Virus record (IMG/VR): IMGVR_UViG_3300030202_003189
Coordinates: 124,001-188,000 of that record
Strand: one strand, 5' to 3'
Length of the DNA stretch: 64,000 nt
The notes below the pieces were generated by a model. It was not told the origin of the DNA. It did not search any database and saw only the letters and a program-made list of their open reading frames with translations. Shown here one piece after another: positions 1 through 10,600 of the stretch (position 1 is its first letter; each line of letters begins with the position of its first letter). The translations under genes were made by a program, and so were the position numbers.

Positions 1-974
1 GTTGGGATGAATATAGGATAACAAGAACAAATGCTGACACATATATAATAGGAGGGACAGACTACGGCACATTCTGGTATAATCAGAGTTTTACAACATC
101 CACTTGTCAAGTAACTGATTATTATGCTTACTATGATGCCATGAGGAAACTAGCCAATCCAGAGGCGACACCAAGTAGCGTATTTACAACACCAGGTATA
201 GATTATACAAATAATTTAACATTGGTTAATCGAGCAAAAGAAATGATAGAAAATGATAAAGGAGACTCGATTTATATTGTAACTTCAGATAACCCAAGAA
301 ATCAAACAGTAGATGAAGCTGTAGATAATTTAGAAAACGCAGCATTAAATAGTAGTTATATGGCTACGTATTGGCCTTGGGTAAGGTATAACGATACTGA
401 AAATAACGTAAGAATATATATTCCACCTACAGCTAATGTTGTTAGAAATTTAGCATTAACTGATAATGTATCATTCCCGTGGTTCGCAACAGCTGGTTAT
501 AATAGAGGTAAACTGGATGTTGATAGGGCACAAACAAAACTAACTCAGATTAACAGAGACGACCTTTATGAGGCAAGAATAAACCCAATAGCCACATTTA
601 ATGGTGCGGGGGTTATTATATGGGGAAATAAAACTTTACAAACAACACAATCAGCTTTAGATAGAATTAATGTAAGACGACTTATGTTAGACCTTAAAAC
701 TAAAGTTAAAGATATAGGGTTACAATTATTATTTGAACAGAACGACGCTATTGTAAGACAACAATTCTTATCTTTAATTAATCCAGTTCTAGAAGAAGTA
801 AGGGCAAATAGAGGATTAACAGATTTCAGGGTAGAACTAAATTCAGATGTTAACGAACTAGACACCAACTCTATGACAGGTAAAATATTTGTTAAACCAA
901 CTAGAACACTTGAATTTATAGAAGTTGAGTTTAACATAACACCATCGAGTACATCATTCACTGACTTAACATAA
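1..974 (+). CDS. Contractile tail sheath protein (T4 gp18-like), C-terminal part; gene starts upstream of the window
   Basis: Frame is open from nt 3 (WDEYRITRTN...) through the annotated ATG at 141. Sheath C-terminal motifs: YWPW, PPT, WFATAGYNRG, RDDLYEARINPI, IWGNKTLQ, SALDRINVRRL, LFEQND, IFVKPTRTLEFI. Confidence 0.95.
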   Translation, partial: WDEYRITRTNADTYIIGGTDYGTFWYNQSFTTSTCQVTDYYAYYDAMRKLANPEATPSSVFTTPGIDYTNNLTLVNRAKEMIENDKGDSIYIVTSDNPRNQTVDEAVDNLENAALNSSYMATYWPWVRYNDTENNVRIYIPPTANVVRNLALTDNVSFPWFATAGYNRGKLDVDRAQTKLTQINRDDLYEARINPIATFNGAGVIIWGNKTLQTTQSALDRINVRRLMLDLKTKVKDIGLQLLFEQNDAIVRQQFLSLINPVLEEVRANRGLTDFRVELNSDVNELDTNSMTGKIFVKPTRTLEFIEVEFNITPSSTSFTDLT

Positions 975-979
975 TCACT

Positions 980-1762
980 ATGAGTAGAAAGTTATTATAT
1001 GAAATAACAATGAGAGCTTATAGTTTTGACTGGGATGATAATATTCTGCACATGCCAACCATGATTAACATGGAAAAAAGAATGGGTAATGGTTGGGAAT
1101 TGGTTAAATTAACAACTGGAGAATACGCGGAATTAAAAGATAATGAAGATTATAGATACCCAGAAGGGGACATTAGGAAAGCTTTTAGTGAGTTTGATGA
1201 CGACGAAGGATTTCTTAAGAATGTAGAAGACAGTCTAAGAAAAAAAGATTTTGCTCCAAGTTTTAACGACTTCAAAGAAGCAGTAATAAAGGCAAAACCA
1301 ATATCAATTATTACAGCGAGACCACAATCCCCAACAACTCTAAAGAAAGGAGTTTCAATGATAATTAATACTGATTTTAGTGATGAAGAAATCGATGAAA
1401 TGGTTAGAAATGTAGAAGAAAACTATGGATTTACTGGTGATTCAGATGAAATTATTGATAAATATATTGAATCAAACTACTATTACCCAGTTTCATTTAG
1501 GGATAGAAACGCCGATATTAAAAAAGGAAAGGGAGACGCTTTAGATAATTTTGTTGAAAATATTGTTAAATCTTTTGAAAAAATGGATAAAAAACTATAT
1601 AATAAAATGAGTGTTGGGTTTAGTGATGATGATGTAGACAACGTAGAAGAAATGATAAAAAAAGTAGAAAATGAAATGGCGGAAAAATATCCCGGAGTTA
1701 AATTTTTTATATATGATACCTCTGAAAGGGGTAAAAACAAATTAATAGTACATACAACTTAG
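980..1762 (+). CDS. HAD-superfamily phosphatase/hydrolase
   Basis: Motif I FDWDDNI (DxD), motif II IITAR, Lys motif, motif IV GFSDDD. Confidence 0.75.
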   Translation: MSRKLLYEITMRAYSFDWDDNILHMPTMINMEKRMGNGWELVKLTTGEYAELKDNEDYRYPEGDIRKAFSEFDDDEGFLKNVEDSLRKKDFAPSFNDFKEAVIKAKPISIITARPQSPTTLKKGVSMIINTDFSDEEIDEMVRNVEENYGFTGDSDEIIDKYIESNYYYPVSFRDRNADIKKGKGDALDNFVENIVKSFEKMDKKLYNKMSVGFSDDDVDNVEEMIKKVENEMAEKYPGVKFFIYDTSERGKNKLIVHTT

Positions 1763-1780
1763 ATAATTTTATATTTAGTT

Positions 1781-1788
1781 ATATTTAT
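1781..1788 (+). promoter_or_regulatory. ATATTTAT motif (candidate phage promoter) upstream of tail tube
   Basis: Motif recurs in 8 intergenic gaps. Confidence 0.5.
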
Positions 1789-1830
1789 AGTTGTATTCAA
1801 TATAATAATACAAATAAAAAAAAATAGAAA

Positions 1831-2319
1831 ATGGCAGACTTACTAATGAAAATGCCGGTTCCTTACGAACCAAAAAGAAAGAATCGGTTTATAATGAAAT
1901 TTCCTTCTGACTTAGGAATAGCAGAATGGATAGTATCTAGTGCGGCTAGACCATCAATAACAATTAACGAAGTTGAGATTCCATTTCTTAACACTAAAAC
2001 TTTCGTAGCTGGACAATTCCAATGGGAAACAATTGATGTTACCTTTAGAGATCCTATCGCACCTTCTTCATCACAAGCGTTGATGGAATGGGTTAGATTA
2101 CACGCAGAATCAGTAACAGGTAGAATGGGATATGCGGCAGGATACAAAAAGAAAGTAGATTTATTCATGTTAGACCCAACAGGTGCTATCGTGGAAAATT
2201 GGGAATTAAGAGGAACTTTCTTAACTAATGTTAATTTTGGTGATTTAGATTATAGTGGTGATGATTTGGCAGATGTTTCTGCAACACTACGTTTTGATAG
2301 AGCAATCTTAAAGTACTAA
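1831..2319 (+). CDS. Tail tube protein (T4 gp19-like)
   Basis: 162 aa with EPKRKNRF, RPSI..E.EIPFLN, AG..WE.I.VTFRD, QALMEW, YKK...L.MLDP.G..VE.W, FGDLDYS, LRFDRA; downstream of sheath. Confidence 0.93.
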   Translation: MADLLMKMPVPYEPKRKNRFIMKFPSDLGIAEWIVSSAARPSITINEVEIPFLNTKTFVAGQFQWETIDVTFRDPIAPSSSQALMEWVRLHAESVTGRMGYAAGYKKKVDLFMLDPTGAIVENWELRGTFLTNVNFGDLDYSGDDLADVSATLRFDRAILKY

Positions 2320-2346
2320 ACATTATAACAAAAATATATTTCAATA

Positions 2347-2375
2347 TAAGGGCCTATTTAGGTCCTTAATTGTTT
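2347..2375 (+). terminator. Putative intrinsic terminator/hairpin after tail tube
   Basis: TAAGGGCCT-ATTT-AGGTCCTTA stem (one G.U pair) followed by ATTGTTT. Confidence 0.55.
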
Positions 2376-2411
2376 ACAAAGTGTTACACTTTACTATTCT
2401 TAGTAAATAAA
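2371..2411 (+). promoter_or_regulatory. Putative promoter upstream of tail chaperone (same class as 23217)
   Basis: TGTTTACA, 16-bp spacer, TATTCT, then TAGTAAATAAA. Confidence 0.5.
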
Positions 2412-2431
2412 CTGTATTAAAAAAAAAAGTT

Positions 2432-3190
2432 ATGTCAGAAAACAAAAATGAATTTGTCGTACCATTCGACGTTATTGAACTTCCTTCAAAAGGGTTATTA
2501 TACCAAAATTGTGGTGGGTCAATAAAAATCGAGTATATGACTGCTGAGGATGAAAACATTCTAACCTCACCCAACCTAGTACAATCAGGCAAGGTTCTTG
2601 ATGTATTAATGGAACGTAAAATCAAAGAAGAAGGACTCAACGCTAAAGACCTTTTACTTGGTGATAGAAACGCAATTATGGTGTTTTTAAGGTCCACTGC
2701 TTATGGTGAGATGTATCCAGTTAAATTAACCGACCCTTCAACAGGAGAAGAATTTGAAACTGAAATCGATCTATCCAAATTAGAAGTAAAACAAATTGGT
2801 GCGTCTCCTGATGAAAACGGACTATTCTCCTTCGACTTACCAAAAACTAAAAAGACGATAAAATTTAGATTACTAACTGCACGAGATGAAGAAGACTTGG
2901 TTAAATCAGAAGAGAAAAGAAAGAAATTACTACAGAATAAAGTCTCACAACTCCTAACATCAAGATTAGCCCTACAAATTATGGACGTAGACGGCAATAA
3001 GGACAAAAGTTATATACAACAATTTGTTCAGTATTTACCAGCATTCGATTCTTTAGAATTAAGAAAATATATGGAAGAAATCGAGCCGGGTATAGATCTG
3101 AGGGCAGACGTGGAGTCTCCTTCAGGTGCCAGCTTTCGCGCTCTCGTTCCAATTACAGTCAGATTTTTTTGGCCTAACATCGAGTTATAA
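2432..3190 (+). CDS. Tail assembly chaperone / baseplate hub assembly protein (T4 gp26-like)
   Basis: LPSKG..Y, YMTAEDENIL, DLLLGDRNAI...LR..AYG, F.LP.....IKFRLLT..DE, C-terminal FFWP; lies between tube and tape measure. Confidence 0.8.
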   Translation: MSENKNEFVVPFDVIELPSKGLLYQNCGGSIKIEYMTAEDENILTSPNLVQSGKVLDVLMERKIKEEGLNAKDLLLGDRNAIMVFLRSTAYGEMYPVKLTDPSTGEEFETEIDLSKLEVKQIGASPDENGLFSFDLPKTKKTIKFRLLTARDEEDLVKSEEKRKKLLQNKVSQLLTSRLALQIMDVDGNKDKSYIQQFVQYLPAFDSLELRKYMEEIEPGIDLRADVESPSGASFRALVPITVRFFWPNIEL

Positions 3191-3371
3191 ACCGGAGTTA
3201 TTTAAGGAGATATATATCTTAGTTCATCATTGTGGATTTTCACGAGCAGATATAATGAAGATGCCAATATATGAAAGAAGGGTTTATCTGGGTGAATTAA
3301 CCAAGGAATTGGAAGAAAAACAGAAACAACAAAAAGCCGCTGAACGAAAGGCAAAATCAAAGAGGGGATAG
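3165..3371 (+). CDS. Tail assembly chaperone extension (GT-like), probably reached by frameshift from the upstream gene
   Basis: +1-frame ORF overlapping the end of 2432..3190 across a T7 run (3164-3170). Sequence EIYILVHHCGFSRADIMKMPIYERRVYL resembles chaperone T-segments. The called start at 3126 is a GTG inside the upstream gene. Confidence 0.7.
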   Translation, partial: FFGLTSSYKPELFKEIYILVHHCGFSRADIMKMPIYERRVYLGELTKELEEKQKQQKAAERKAKSKRG

Positions 3372-3388
3372 TCCCTCTTTTTTTTATA
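3360..3388 (+). terminator. Intrinsic terminator after chaperone extension
   Basis: AAGAGGGG-ATAG-TCCCTCTT hairpin followed by a poly-T run. Confidence 0.75.
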
Positions 3389-3392
3389 TTAG

Positions 3393-3400
3393 ATATTTAT
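3393..3400 (+). promoter_or_regulatory. ATATTTAT motif (candidate phage promoter)
   Basis: Directly after terminator, upstream of the next gene. Confidence 0.5.
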
Positions 3401-5016
3401 TGTTAAACACATACCTTTTGAAAACAGAAGAAAGAAGACATATACGTATAAAAGAACTAATGGGTATCGAAAAACCTCTATTAGAACAAGCACCTACCGC
3501 TGATTTATTTGGTACAAAACCAAGTAGTAAAGTGGCGGACCAAGGATTGCAAGATTTAGTTGGGGCAGAAGCCGCAGTTGCTGCAGGAAGAGAGTTAATG
3601 GGTACAACCCCAATTTCACAGGGATATATAAATAGAGTTGTATTAAAATACCTAGATGGGACGGGACCATTCGGACTAACTTATTCATTCTCAAAAGATA
3701 TAGTTGAGGGAAATACTGTTTATAAATCTAGTGACATTTTTTCTACAAAAAATGCTGAATATTTTGGTGTTACTTCAGTTGGTAATGCTATTATAGTTGA
3801 CGCTCCAACATCAGAAGAAATCGAAACAGACGATAAAGAGGAGGAAATAGAGAAAAAAGAAGAAGATAATAGAAATAAAAGATTAACACAGATATTCAAA
3901 AAAATAGGTATAAATTTTGACCATAAAGATCCATTTATTGTATATTTTAGAAAAGGTATCCGACCAATACTAAGAAGATTAAAGACAGAATTTCCTGAAT
4001 ATAACATAGAATTTCTTGACCAAGCAACAAATGTTGGAGTAGAAGATGTTATTGTTGATGGTTTCCTAACAACTAAATCTATATTATTTGAAGAGTATAA
4101 AGACTCTATGAGACACCTAATGGATTTACATAAGGGTAAAAAAGAATATAGTAAGGATAAAAAGATGGTAGGTATCCTAGATGGTGAAATTGAAAAAGAA
4201 AAAAAGAAACTTCTTAAAATAGTTAAACCACGATTTAAGAAAGTATTTAAGAAATATTTTACTTCATTAGACGACGATAAATTATTAAGACTAGGTATGT
4301 ACCTATCAACCTTTTTATCAGGACTTAAAAAAGATTATCCACAATATAATATAAATTATGGACAAATGAGAGTAACCGAGCAGGAAGAAAAGGAAGTTAC
4401 TCCAGAAAAATTATCCATAATCTTAGAACAAAATGTAACAGAAGTATGGATAGGTAGAAGATACCCTTGTAAGGTTAAGGTAGGTGAGGGTAAGGAAGCA
4501 AATAATACGATAAAGATATTAGATGTGGACTCCGAATATGTATTCAAAGGAGGTACAACTTCTAAAAAAGGACCCGGGGGAGGAGGAGAAGGTAATAAGT
4601 GTCCAGAAGGAAAAGTATGGAACGAAAAAACTAAAAAATGTGAAGAAAAACAGGGTTCATATACTTTCCCAAGTGGGTTAACTAATAGACAAGATAAAGG
4701 AAAAAAATTCTGGGTAACAATGGAGATAACTACTTCTCCAGCTAACTACCTAAAACAAGGATTTGAAACAGACGTACTACAACCCCATAACTCATTTGTG
4801 TATGTTGTAGAAATGTTATTTAATGGTTTTGAGTTTGAAAGAATAAACAGTAGTGCATTCCCAAACCAAAACTTTGAAGGTAAACAAATTAGATTTATTT
4901 TTGAAGATGACGTTGACGAAGTAGATTTTGGAAAAGAATACCAAATTGAAGTTAAAAAAGAGAACGAATCCCTTGGGTACTTAAATATAATAGTTACAGA
5001 TATAGTTAAAAGATAG
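3400..5016 (+). CDS. Hypothetical protein, possibly virion/head-associated (likely true start TTG 3418)
   Basis: 538-aa ORF. RIKELMGI..LLEQ leader, internal repeat LKTEFPEYNIEF / LKKDYPQYNINY, small CPEGKVWNEKTKKC motif. Confidence 0.6.
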   Translation: MLNTYLLKTEERRHIRIKELMGIEKPLLEQAPTADLFGTKPSSKVADQGLQDLVGAEAAVAAGRELMGTTPISQGYINRVVLKYLDGTGPFGLTYSFSKDIVEGNTVYKSSDIFSTKNAEYFGVTSVGNAIIVDAPTSEEIETDDKEEEIEKKEEDNRNKRLTQIFKKIGINFDHKDPFIVYFRKGIRPILRRLKTEFPEYNIEFLDQATNVGVEDVIVDGFLTTKSILFEEYKDSMRHLMDLHKGKKEYSKDKKMVGILDGEIEKEKKKLLKIVKPRFKKVFKKYFTSLDDDKLLRLGMYLSTFLSGLKKDYPQYNINYGQMRVTEQEEKEVTPEKLSIILEQNVTEVWIGRRYPCKVKVGEGKEANNTIKILDVDSEYVFKGGTTSKKGPGGGGEGNKCPEGKVWNEKTKKCEEKQGSYTFPSGLTNRQDKGKKFWVTMEITTSPANYLKQGFETDVLQPHNSFVYVVEMLFNGFEFERINSSAFPNQNFEGKQIRFIFEDDVDEVDFGKEYQIEVKKENESLGYLNIIVTDIVKR

Positions 5017-5022
5017 TAAATC

Positions 5023-7626
5023 ATGGCAGAAGGATCATCAACTTCAGACAGAATTAAAGAACTACAACAGGAGAGGGCATTACTCCAGTGGATGATTGAT
5101 AACCAAAAAAGGGTTAACAACGGCATTTCCAGTTACCTTAAGGCTAGAAGAGAAATTCTAGTAATTGACCAACAAATAGCAGAAGCTGCTAAACAATTAG
5201 CAAAATCCCAAAAAATTATTGACGATTTAGAAAAGGAGAATAAGGATAGAATGGGAAGGGTCAAGAAATATTATGATGAAAAAATAAAACAACAAAAGAA
5301 GTTTCACGCTGGTGTTCAAAAAACTTTAGATGATTTAGATGAGGAACAAAAGAAGTTAAAGGGAACGTTAAATATAATGAAGGCGATAACAAAATCGCTT
5401 ACCGACCAACTTAAAAAGTTTACAGAACAACACTTCTCACTTAAACAACTTAAGAAAGTATATCTGGAGTACGATAAAGCAGTTAGAATGACTCAAGTTA
5501 GTATGGGAGCAACTGCGGGAGCTGCTGATATGATTAGGAGAAATTTAGGGGAAGCAGCATATGAAGGAGCTAGATATGGGATATCGGTTGCGGAAATGGC
5601 CGCAAATCAAAGAGATATTAGTGAAAGTATAGGTAGACAATTAATTATGACTTCGGAACAGTTATCTAAGTTTGGTGTTATGAATAAATTAGTTCCGGGG
5701 GTAGCCAATGAATTGGCTTCTTTATTTGATGTATTTGGTAAGAGTCTAGAATATACGGGAGATATGATGCAGAGAATACTTACCACATCTGTAGAAACAG
5801 GATTAAACTTCACTAGATTAACTAAAGAAAATGCTAAAAATGCGAAACTTGCAACAAGATTCAGGTTCAAAGGAGGACTTAGAGACATTGAAGGTATTAG
5901 TAAACAAATGGTAAGACTAAGAACTAACTTTGAATCTATCGCTGGTTTTGCGGAAAAAGTGTTTAGACCCGAAGGGGCAATTGAGGCGGCGGCACAACTA
6001 CAAGTTTTAGGGGGCGCTATGGCTAATCTTGGTGATCCTTTTATGTTAATGTATAAAGCACGTAACGATGTTGCTGGGTTCACAGAGGAAGTTCTTAAGG
6101 CAACTAAATTCACAGGAATGTGGGATAAGAAGACACAGGAATTTACATTAACGGCTAATGAGTTAGACCGTTTAAGAGAATTGGCAAAAATTACAGGTCA
6201 ATCTATGGAGGAGTTAGCGGTACAAGCACGACAACAAATTAGATTTGATGCTATTGGAGGGGAGATAGCAGCAAACTTTACCGGTAAGGACAAAGAGTTG
6301 ATTGAGAATTTGGCAGTTATGAAAGATGGTAAGTTCAAAATGAATGTTAGTACAGAAATTGGTGGGGAAGAATTTGTAGAGATTGGTAAGGTTACACCAG
6401 AACAAATAAAACTACTTACAGATCACCGACAAACACTAGAAGACCAAGCAAGGATGGCACTTACATTCCAAGAAAAGTTTGATGCGTTTATAAATCAACT
6501 ACAAACTCTTTTAATCCCATCAATGGACAAGATTGCCGCATGGTTAGATAAATGGGCAATAAAAATAGATATGTGGAGTGATAAAACAAAAGAAAATCTT
6601 GCATACTTTTTAGTCGGGGCGGCGGCACTTTTTAGTGTAACTGCCATGTTTGGAATGGGGATATCCCTAGGACTTGGATTTAGGGCCAGTTCAGGAATAG
6701 GAGGACTTGCAGCTGGTGGTGGGTATCAAGGAGGAATGGCGTCAAAGTTAGCGGGAAAAAAAGGTGGTATGTATGCAGCAAAAGGAAGTATGATGAAAAT
6801 GTTGGGGGCTGCGGCTGTGATAACAGCGGTTGGTGCGGCAATTCTAATGGTTGGTCATGGTATGAAGGCCGCGTCAGAAGGATTCTCAACATTAGCCAAC
6901 GCAATGGCCAGTCTTCCAGTTACTCATTTAGAAACCTTCGAATCAATAGTAACTAAACTAGGTACTGGTGTTGTAATTATGGCGGTGGGTCTTGGAATAT
7001 TGGCGGCTGTATTAATCGGTATGGGAGCAACATCAGCAGCAATGGGGATGGCGGCAGTAGTTCTATTGGCAGTTGGTGCTGCTGTTTTAATGATTGGAGG
7101 GGCGGTTTGGTTAGCAGCAAATGGTATGGCGTCATTAGTAGATTCGATGTCGAATTTGATGAAAAATCCAGGTGTAGGTGATGAGATGTTAAAGATGGGA
7201 GCGGGGTTAGTAGCAATGGCTGGTGGACTAACTCTAATGGCAAATCCATTAGCGATGTTAGGAATGGGGGAGGCGTGGTGGTTCTTATCTAAAGTTTCTA
7301 AATACGGCCCTGGTATCCAGGCTGCTGGAGAAGGGGTTAAATACTTAAACGAAAACCTAGGAGGACTAAAGTCCTCAATTAAAAACTTTGATGCGGATGG
7401 AGGTATGTTTGAGAAGTTGGCACAAATTGATAAAATGATAACCAGAACACAATCAAAACCAATCATTGTTGAAGTAAAAGGTGATTTAGGGGGTAGGTTA
7501 ACTGTAGACGTTCTTGGTGCTGAAACTGAAAGAAAGATATTACTGTCAGATGGTAGATTCATAACTAACTTAACAAATGAGATTGAAGATAGAATAGATA
7601 TAAAACAAAAGATTAGTGGTAAATAA
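5023..7626 (+). CDS. Tape measure protein
   Basis: 867 aa; coiled-coil N-terminus, EGAIEAAAQLQVLGG..DPF.LMY core, Gly/Ala-rich hydrophobic C-terminal half; canonical position after tube and chaperone. Confidence 0.85.
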   Translation: MAEGSSTSDRIKELQQERALLQWMIDNQKRVNNGISSYLKARREILVIDQQIAEAAKQLAKSQKIIDDLEKENKDRMGRVKKYYDEKIKQQKKFHAGVQKTLDDLDEEQKKLKGTLNIMKAITKSLTDQLKKFTEQHFSLKQLKKVYLEYDKAVRMTQVSMGATAGAADMIRRNLGEAAYEGARYGISVAEMAANQRDISESIGRQLIMTSEQLSKFGVMNKLVPGVANELASLFDVFGKSLEYTGDMMQRILTTSVETGLNFTRLTKENAKNAKLATRFRFKGGLRDIEGISKQMVRLRTNFESIAGFAEKVFRPEGAIEAAAQLQVLGGAMANLGDPFMLMYKARNDVAGFTEEVLKATKFTGMWDKKTQEFTLTANELDRLRELAKITGQSMEELAVQARQQIRFDAIGGEIAANFTGKDKELIENLAVMKDGKFKMNVSTEIGGEEFVEIGKVTPEQIKLLTDHRQTLEDQARMALTFQEKFDAFINQLQTLLIPSMDKIAAWLDKWAIKIDMWSDKTKENLAYFLVGAAALFSVTAMFGMGISLGLGFRASSGIGGLAAGGGYQGGMASKLAGKKGGMYAAKGSMMKMLGAAAVITAVGAAILMVGHGMKAASEGFSTLANAMASLPVTHLETFESIVTKLGTGVVIMAVGLGILAAVLIGMGATSAAMGMAAVVLLAVGAAVLMIGGAVWLAANGMASLVDSMSNLMKNPGVGDEMLKMGAGLVAMAGGLTLMANPLAMLGMGEAWWFLSKVSKYGPGIQAAGEGVKYLNENLGGLKSSIKNFDADGGMFEKLAQIDKMITRTQSKPIIVEVKGDLGGRLTVDVLGAETERKILLSDGRFITNLTNEIEDRIDIKQKISGK

Positions 7627-7631
7627 AAAAT

Positions 7632-10600
7632 ATGGGAATTAATATAGATAATACAGTAATTAATGGAGTTTCACAAGCAACCACAACTGCTGAACTAAGA
7701 GAGTGGTTACTAAATAGAAATTTACCTAATGTTATAACAGAAGCTGGGTTTCAACAGAATGTACAAATGCTTCAAGAAGCCTCACTGTTATTTGAAGAAA
7801 CCAACCAAGGATTTCTCCAATCACTAGTTGTTGGGAATGAGTTTTATCAGACTGGTGCGTATTATAGCGCTGGGGTTAATTACGGTATGTTAAATGGGCC
7901 ACAATATTCTATTGATAATCTAGGTGAGATTAATATTGATACAACTACAGACTCATCTGGAAATTTAATGCCACACATCTCTTGTGAATTACCAGACTAT
8001 ATCTTTCCTATAGAATCGAGTTCACTATGTGAAATAAATTTATTTAGTGCAGAATTAGAATATACCGCTAATAATCTAGATTATTATGAAATACCAACAT
8101 CAGATGGGACACCAATATCAGAAACATATAACCCAGAGTCATTTGGGGTTTTACCACCATTTAATATGGCTAGAACATCTAGTGATTTTAGTGTTCTTGC
8201 TCAGTATGGTGAAGGAGTGGATAGTCTAGTTAAAAAGACACAGAATCAAAACCCGGCGAATAACCCATATTCTTGGTTCAATTCAAATCCGACAATGTAC
8301 GACTTATTCATTTCACCTAATTTTGATGGTAATTTTATGAGATTCGATTCAACAGCTTTAGAATTATCACCATTAGATAATAGATTCTATGGGTTAAAAA
8401 TTAGTCAAAGGGGATTTGAATTTAATAATGCTTCAGCACCTGATGGTTCAGGAGTTAAAACTTTCTATACACCTTTACAACCATATAATGATGGTTTCTC
8501 TGATGCTCCGTCTACTTTAATACAAAATACTAGAATATTAGAACAATGGGTTCTTGGTTCTTATGGTACTAGAATAGTTAGAGACGCTCATTTATTAAGA
8601 AATTCATTCACATCCTGTGACATGTATCTTAGTAATAGTCCTGGACTTCCTGGTATTGATTCTATCGAAGGAACAGTAGGATTAAATAATTACTATTTAA
8701 CTTTGGCTTGGGTGTTATCAGGCCCAAGAAAACCGAAATCAAACACTAACTACTTTGTACAACAACTAACCGCGTCTCAAATGGACCCTACAGCTCTTGC
8801 TGGAGGACTTGGGGAGGCGGTTATTGACCAAGATTTTGGGTGGGATAGGGCATTAATACCTGATTTTGCTGCACTACCAACAGCTCGAAAAATAGAAAGT
8901 GGTGCTAGATGGCAACCACAAAGAACTATTAGTAACTTTGAATTAATGGAAGAAGTAGGGACTAAAGGAATATTAAACTATACCCAACGAATAATTAATA
9001 ACTCCACTGATGGTGCACAAGGGGTAGTAAAAGTCGGTGATTATATTAGACAGGACACGAAATACATTAAAACAAAAAATGGACCAATTAGTAGAGGTTC
9101 AGGGGTAGACTCACTTAAAAATAGTGGTCAGAAACCATTTTATAGAAGTTGGATTAGAGCAAAGAAAGAAGAAGTAGTACAAGGAGGTGAAGACGGATCA
9201 CTTCCATTAAATTATTCAAGGTACGATGCTTTAATAAGACACCAAGGATTAGTCCTAGGAGGTAATCGTTCTACTTGGAGTGGAGGAGCAAGTGTAATCG
9301 AGGAAACTGGAGGGGCACATAATGCTCAATCAGGACCTACAGATACAAAAAGATTCATGTTTTCACTTGAAAATTTAGCGTGGAAGGATGATAATGACAG
9401 TCTTTCACCCCATGAAATAGGTCCAAATAAAGGTAGGATAATGTGGTTCCCACCTTATATTGAAAGTTGGACTGAAAACTCAAGTGCAAACTGGACACAG
9501 ACAGATATTTTAGGTAGGGTTGAACCTATTTTTACTTATAAAAATTCGTTTAGACAAACTAACCTTAACTTTATGGTTGTAACTGACTATCCAGAAGTAT
9601 TAGATACAATAAGTAAGGATTTTTCACCAACTAATTCTGATATGGAGGCTGCTCAGTTCTTCTCAGGAGAAGATTTTGATAGATATAGAGACGCAATTGT
9701 TTCAGGTAAAACAATGGGAGGTAACTCACAATTCTTTGAAGATGTTGGTGCTGTAAAATTAAAACCTGCTAGTGATTTTTTAACTGATGTAGGGGAAAGT
9801 GTGCCGAATGGTTTTGATACTGAGGAAATAACACTTTATTATTTTAGTGGATGTTCACAAATGAATTCAGTAGGTACTGAGGTGTGGCCATATACAGATA
9901 CAGAACCTGCTTGTACAAATTGTGGAGAACTTTGGGAAGGGCAGTATGATAAAACAACTGAAGCAGATGCGTATTCAACACGAGGGGGAGATGTGAAACT
10001 TGGAGCTAAAAATAAACTACAAGAACTTGCTGAGTGGTTAGTTACCGAACAAGGAAAGAGATATAAAATTCAAATTCAATACTATAGAGGTCCAATACAG
10101 GAAGATATGGGGGATGACTTCCATCACATACCTGTTCCTGGTAATCATGGAGTTCCTTTTGAGGGAGAAGGTGAAGGGATTGAGGTAGTAAATTCTTTAT
10201 CTGAAGAGGCAGTATCTCTTATAAATAAAGACTATGTAACGTGTGGACCAAGTAGAGGATTAAAGGCAGCGGATTTATTACAGGGTTTAATGAGTACGTA
10301 TGAAGAGGCTAATTTAGAAGAATTATTAACAACTAGAAATGATAGTTGGTATATGGAAGACGCCCCAGAAGATGGTAGATGGGAAGTAACATATGGTGGG
10401 GCAGCACCATATGATGAGATAATTTTAGAAAAAGATAATAACTCTACAGTAACTAATGTTGTTGATGCGGATTATGTTGTACCATATCCGGGGTATATCC
10501 AAGCCTTACCTATAACATTGAAAGTGATACTTAATCCAGAGTTAACGAGTCAAGACGCTAAGGATGAGGCTCAAGCAACATTCGAGGCTGAGAAGGCTAC

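Noticed and set aside
3161-3180. Canonical -1 frameshift at the T7 run
   Set aside because: The -1 frame reaches TAA within a few codons; only +1/-2 accesses the downstream ORF.
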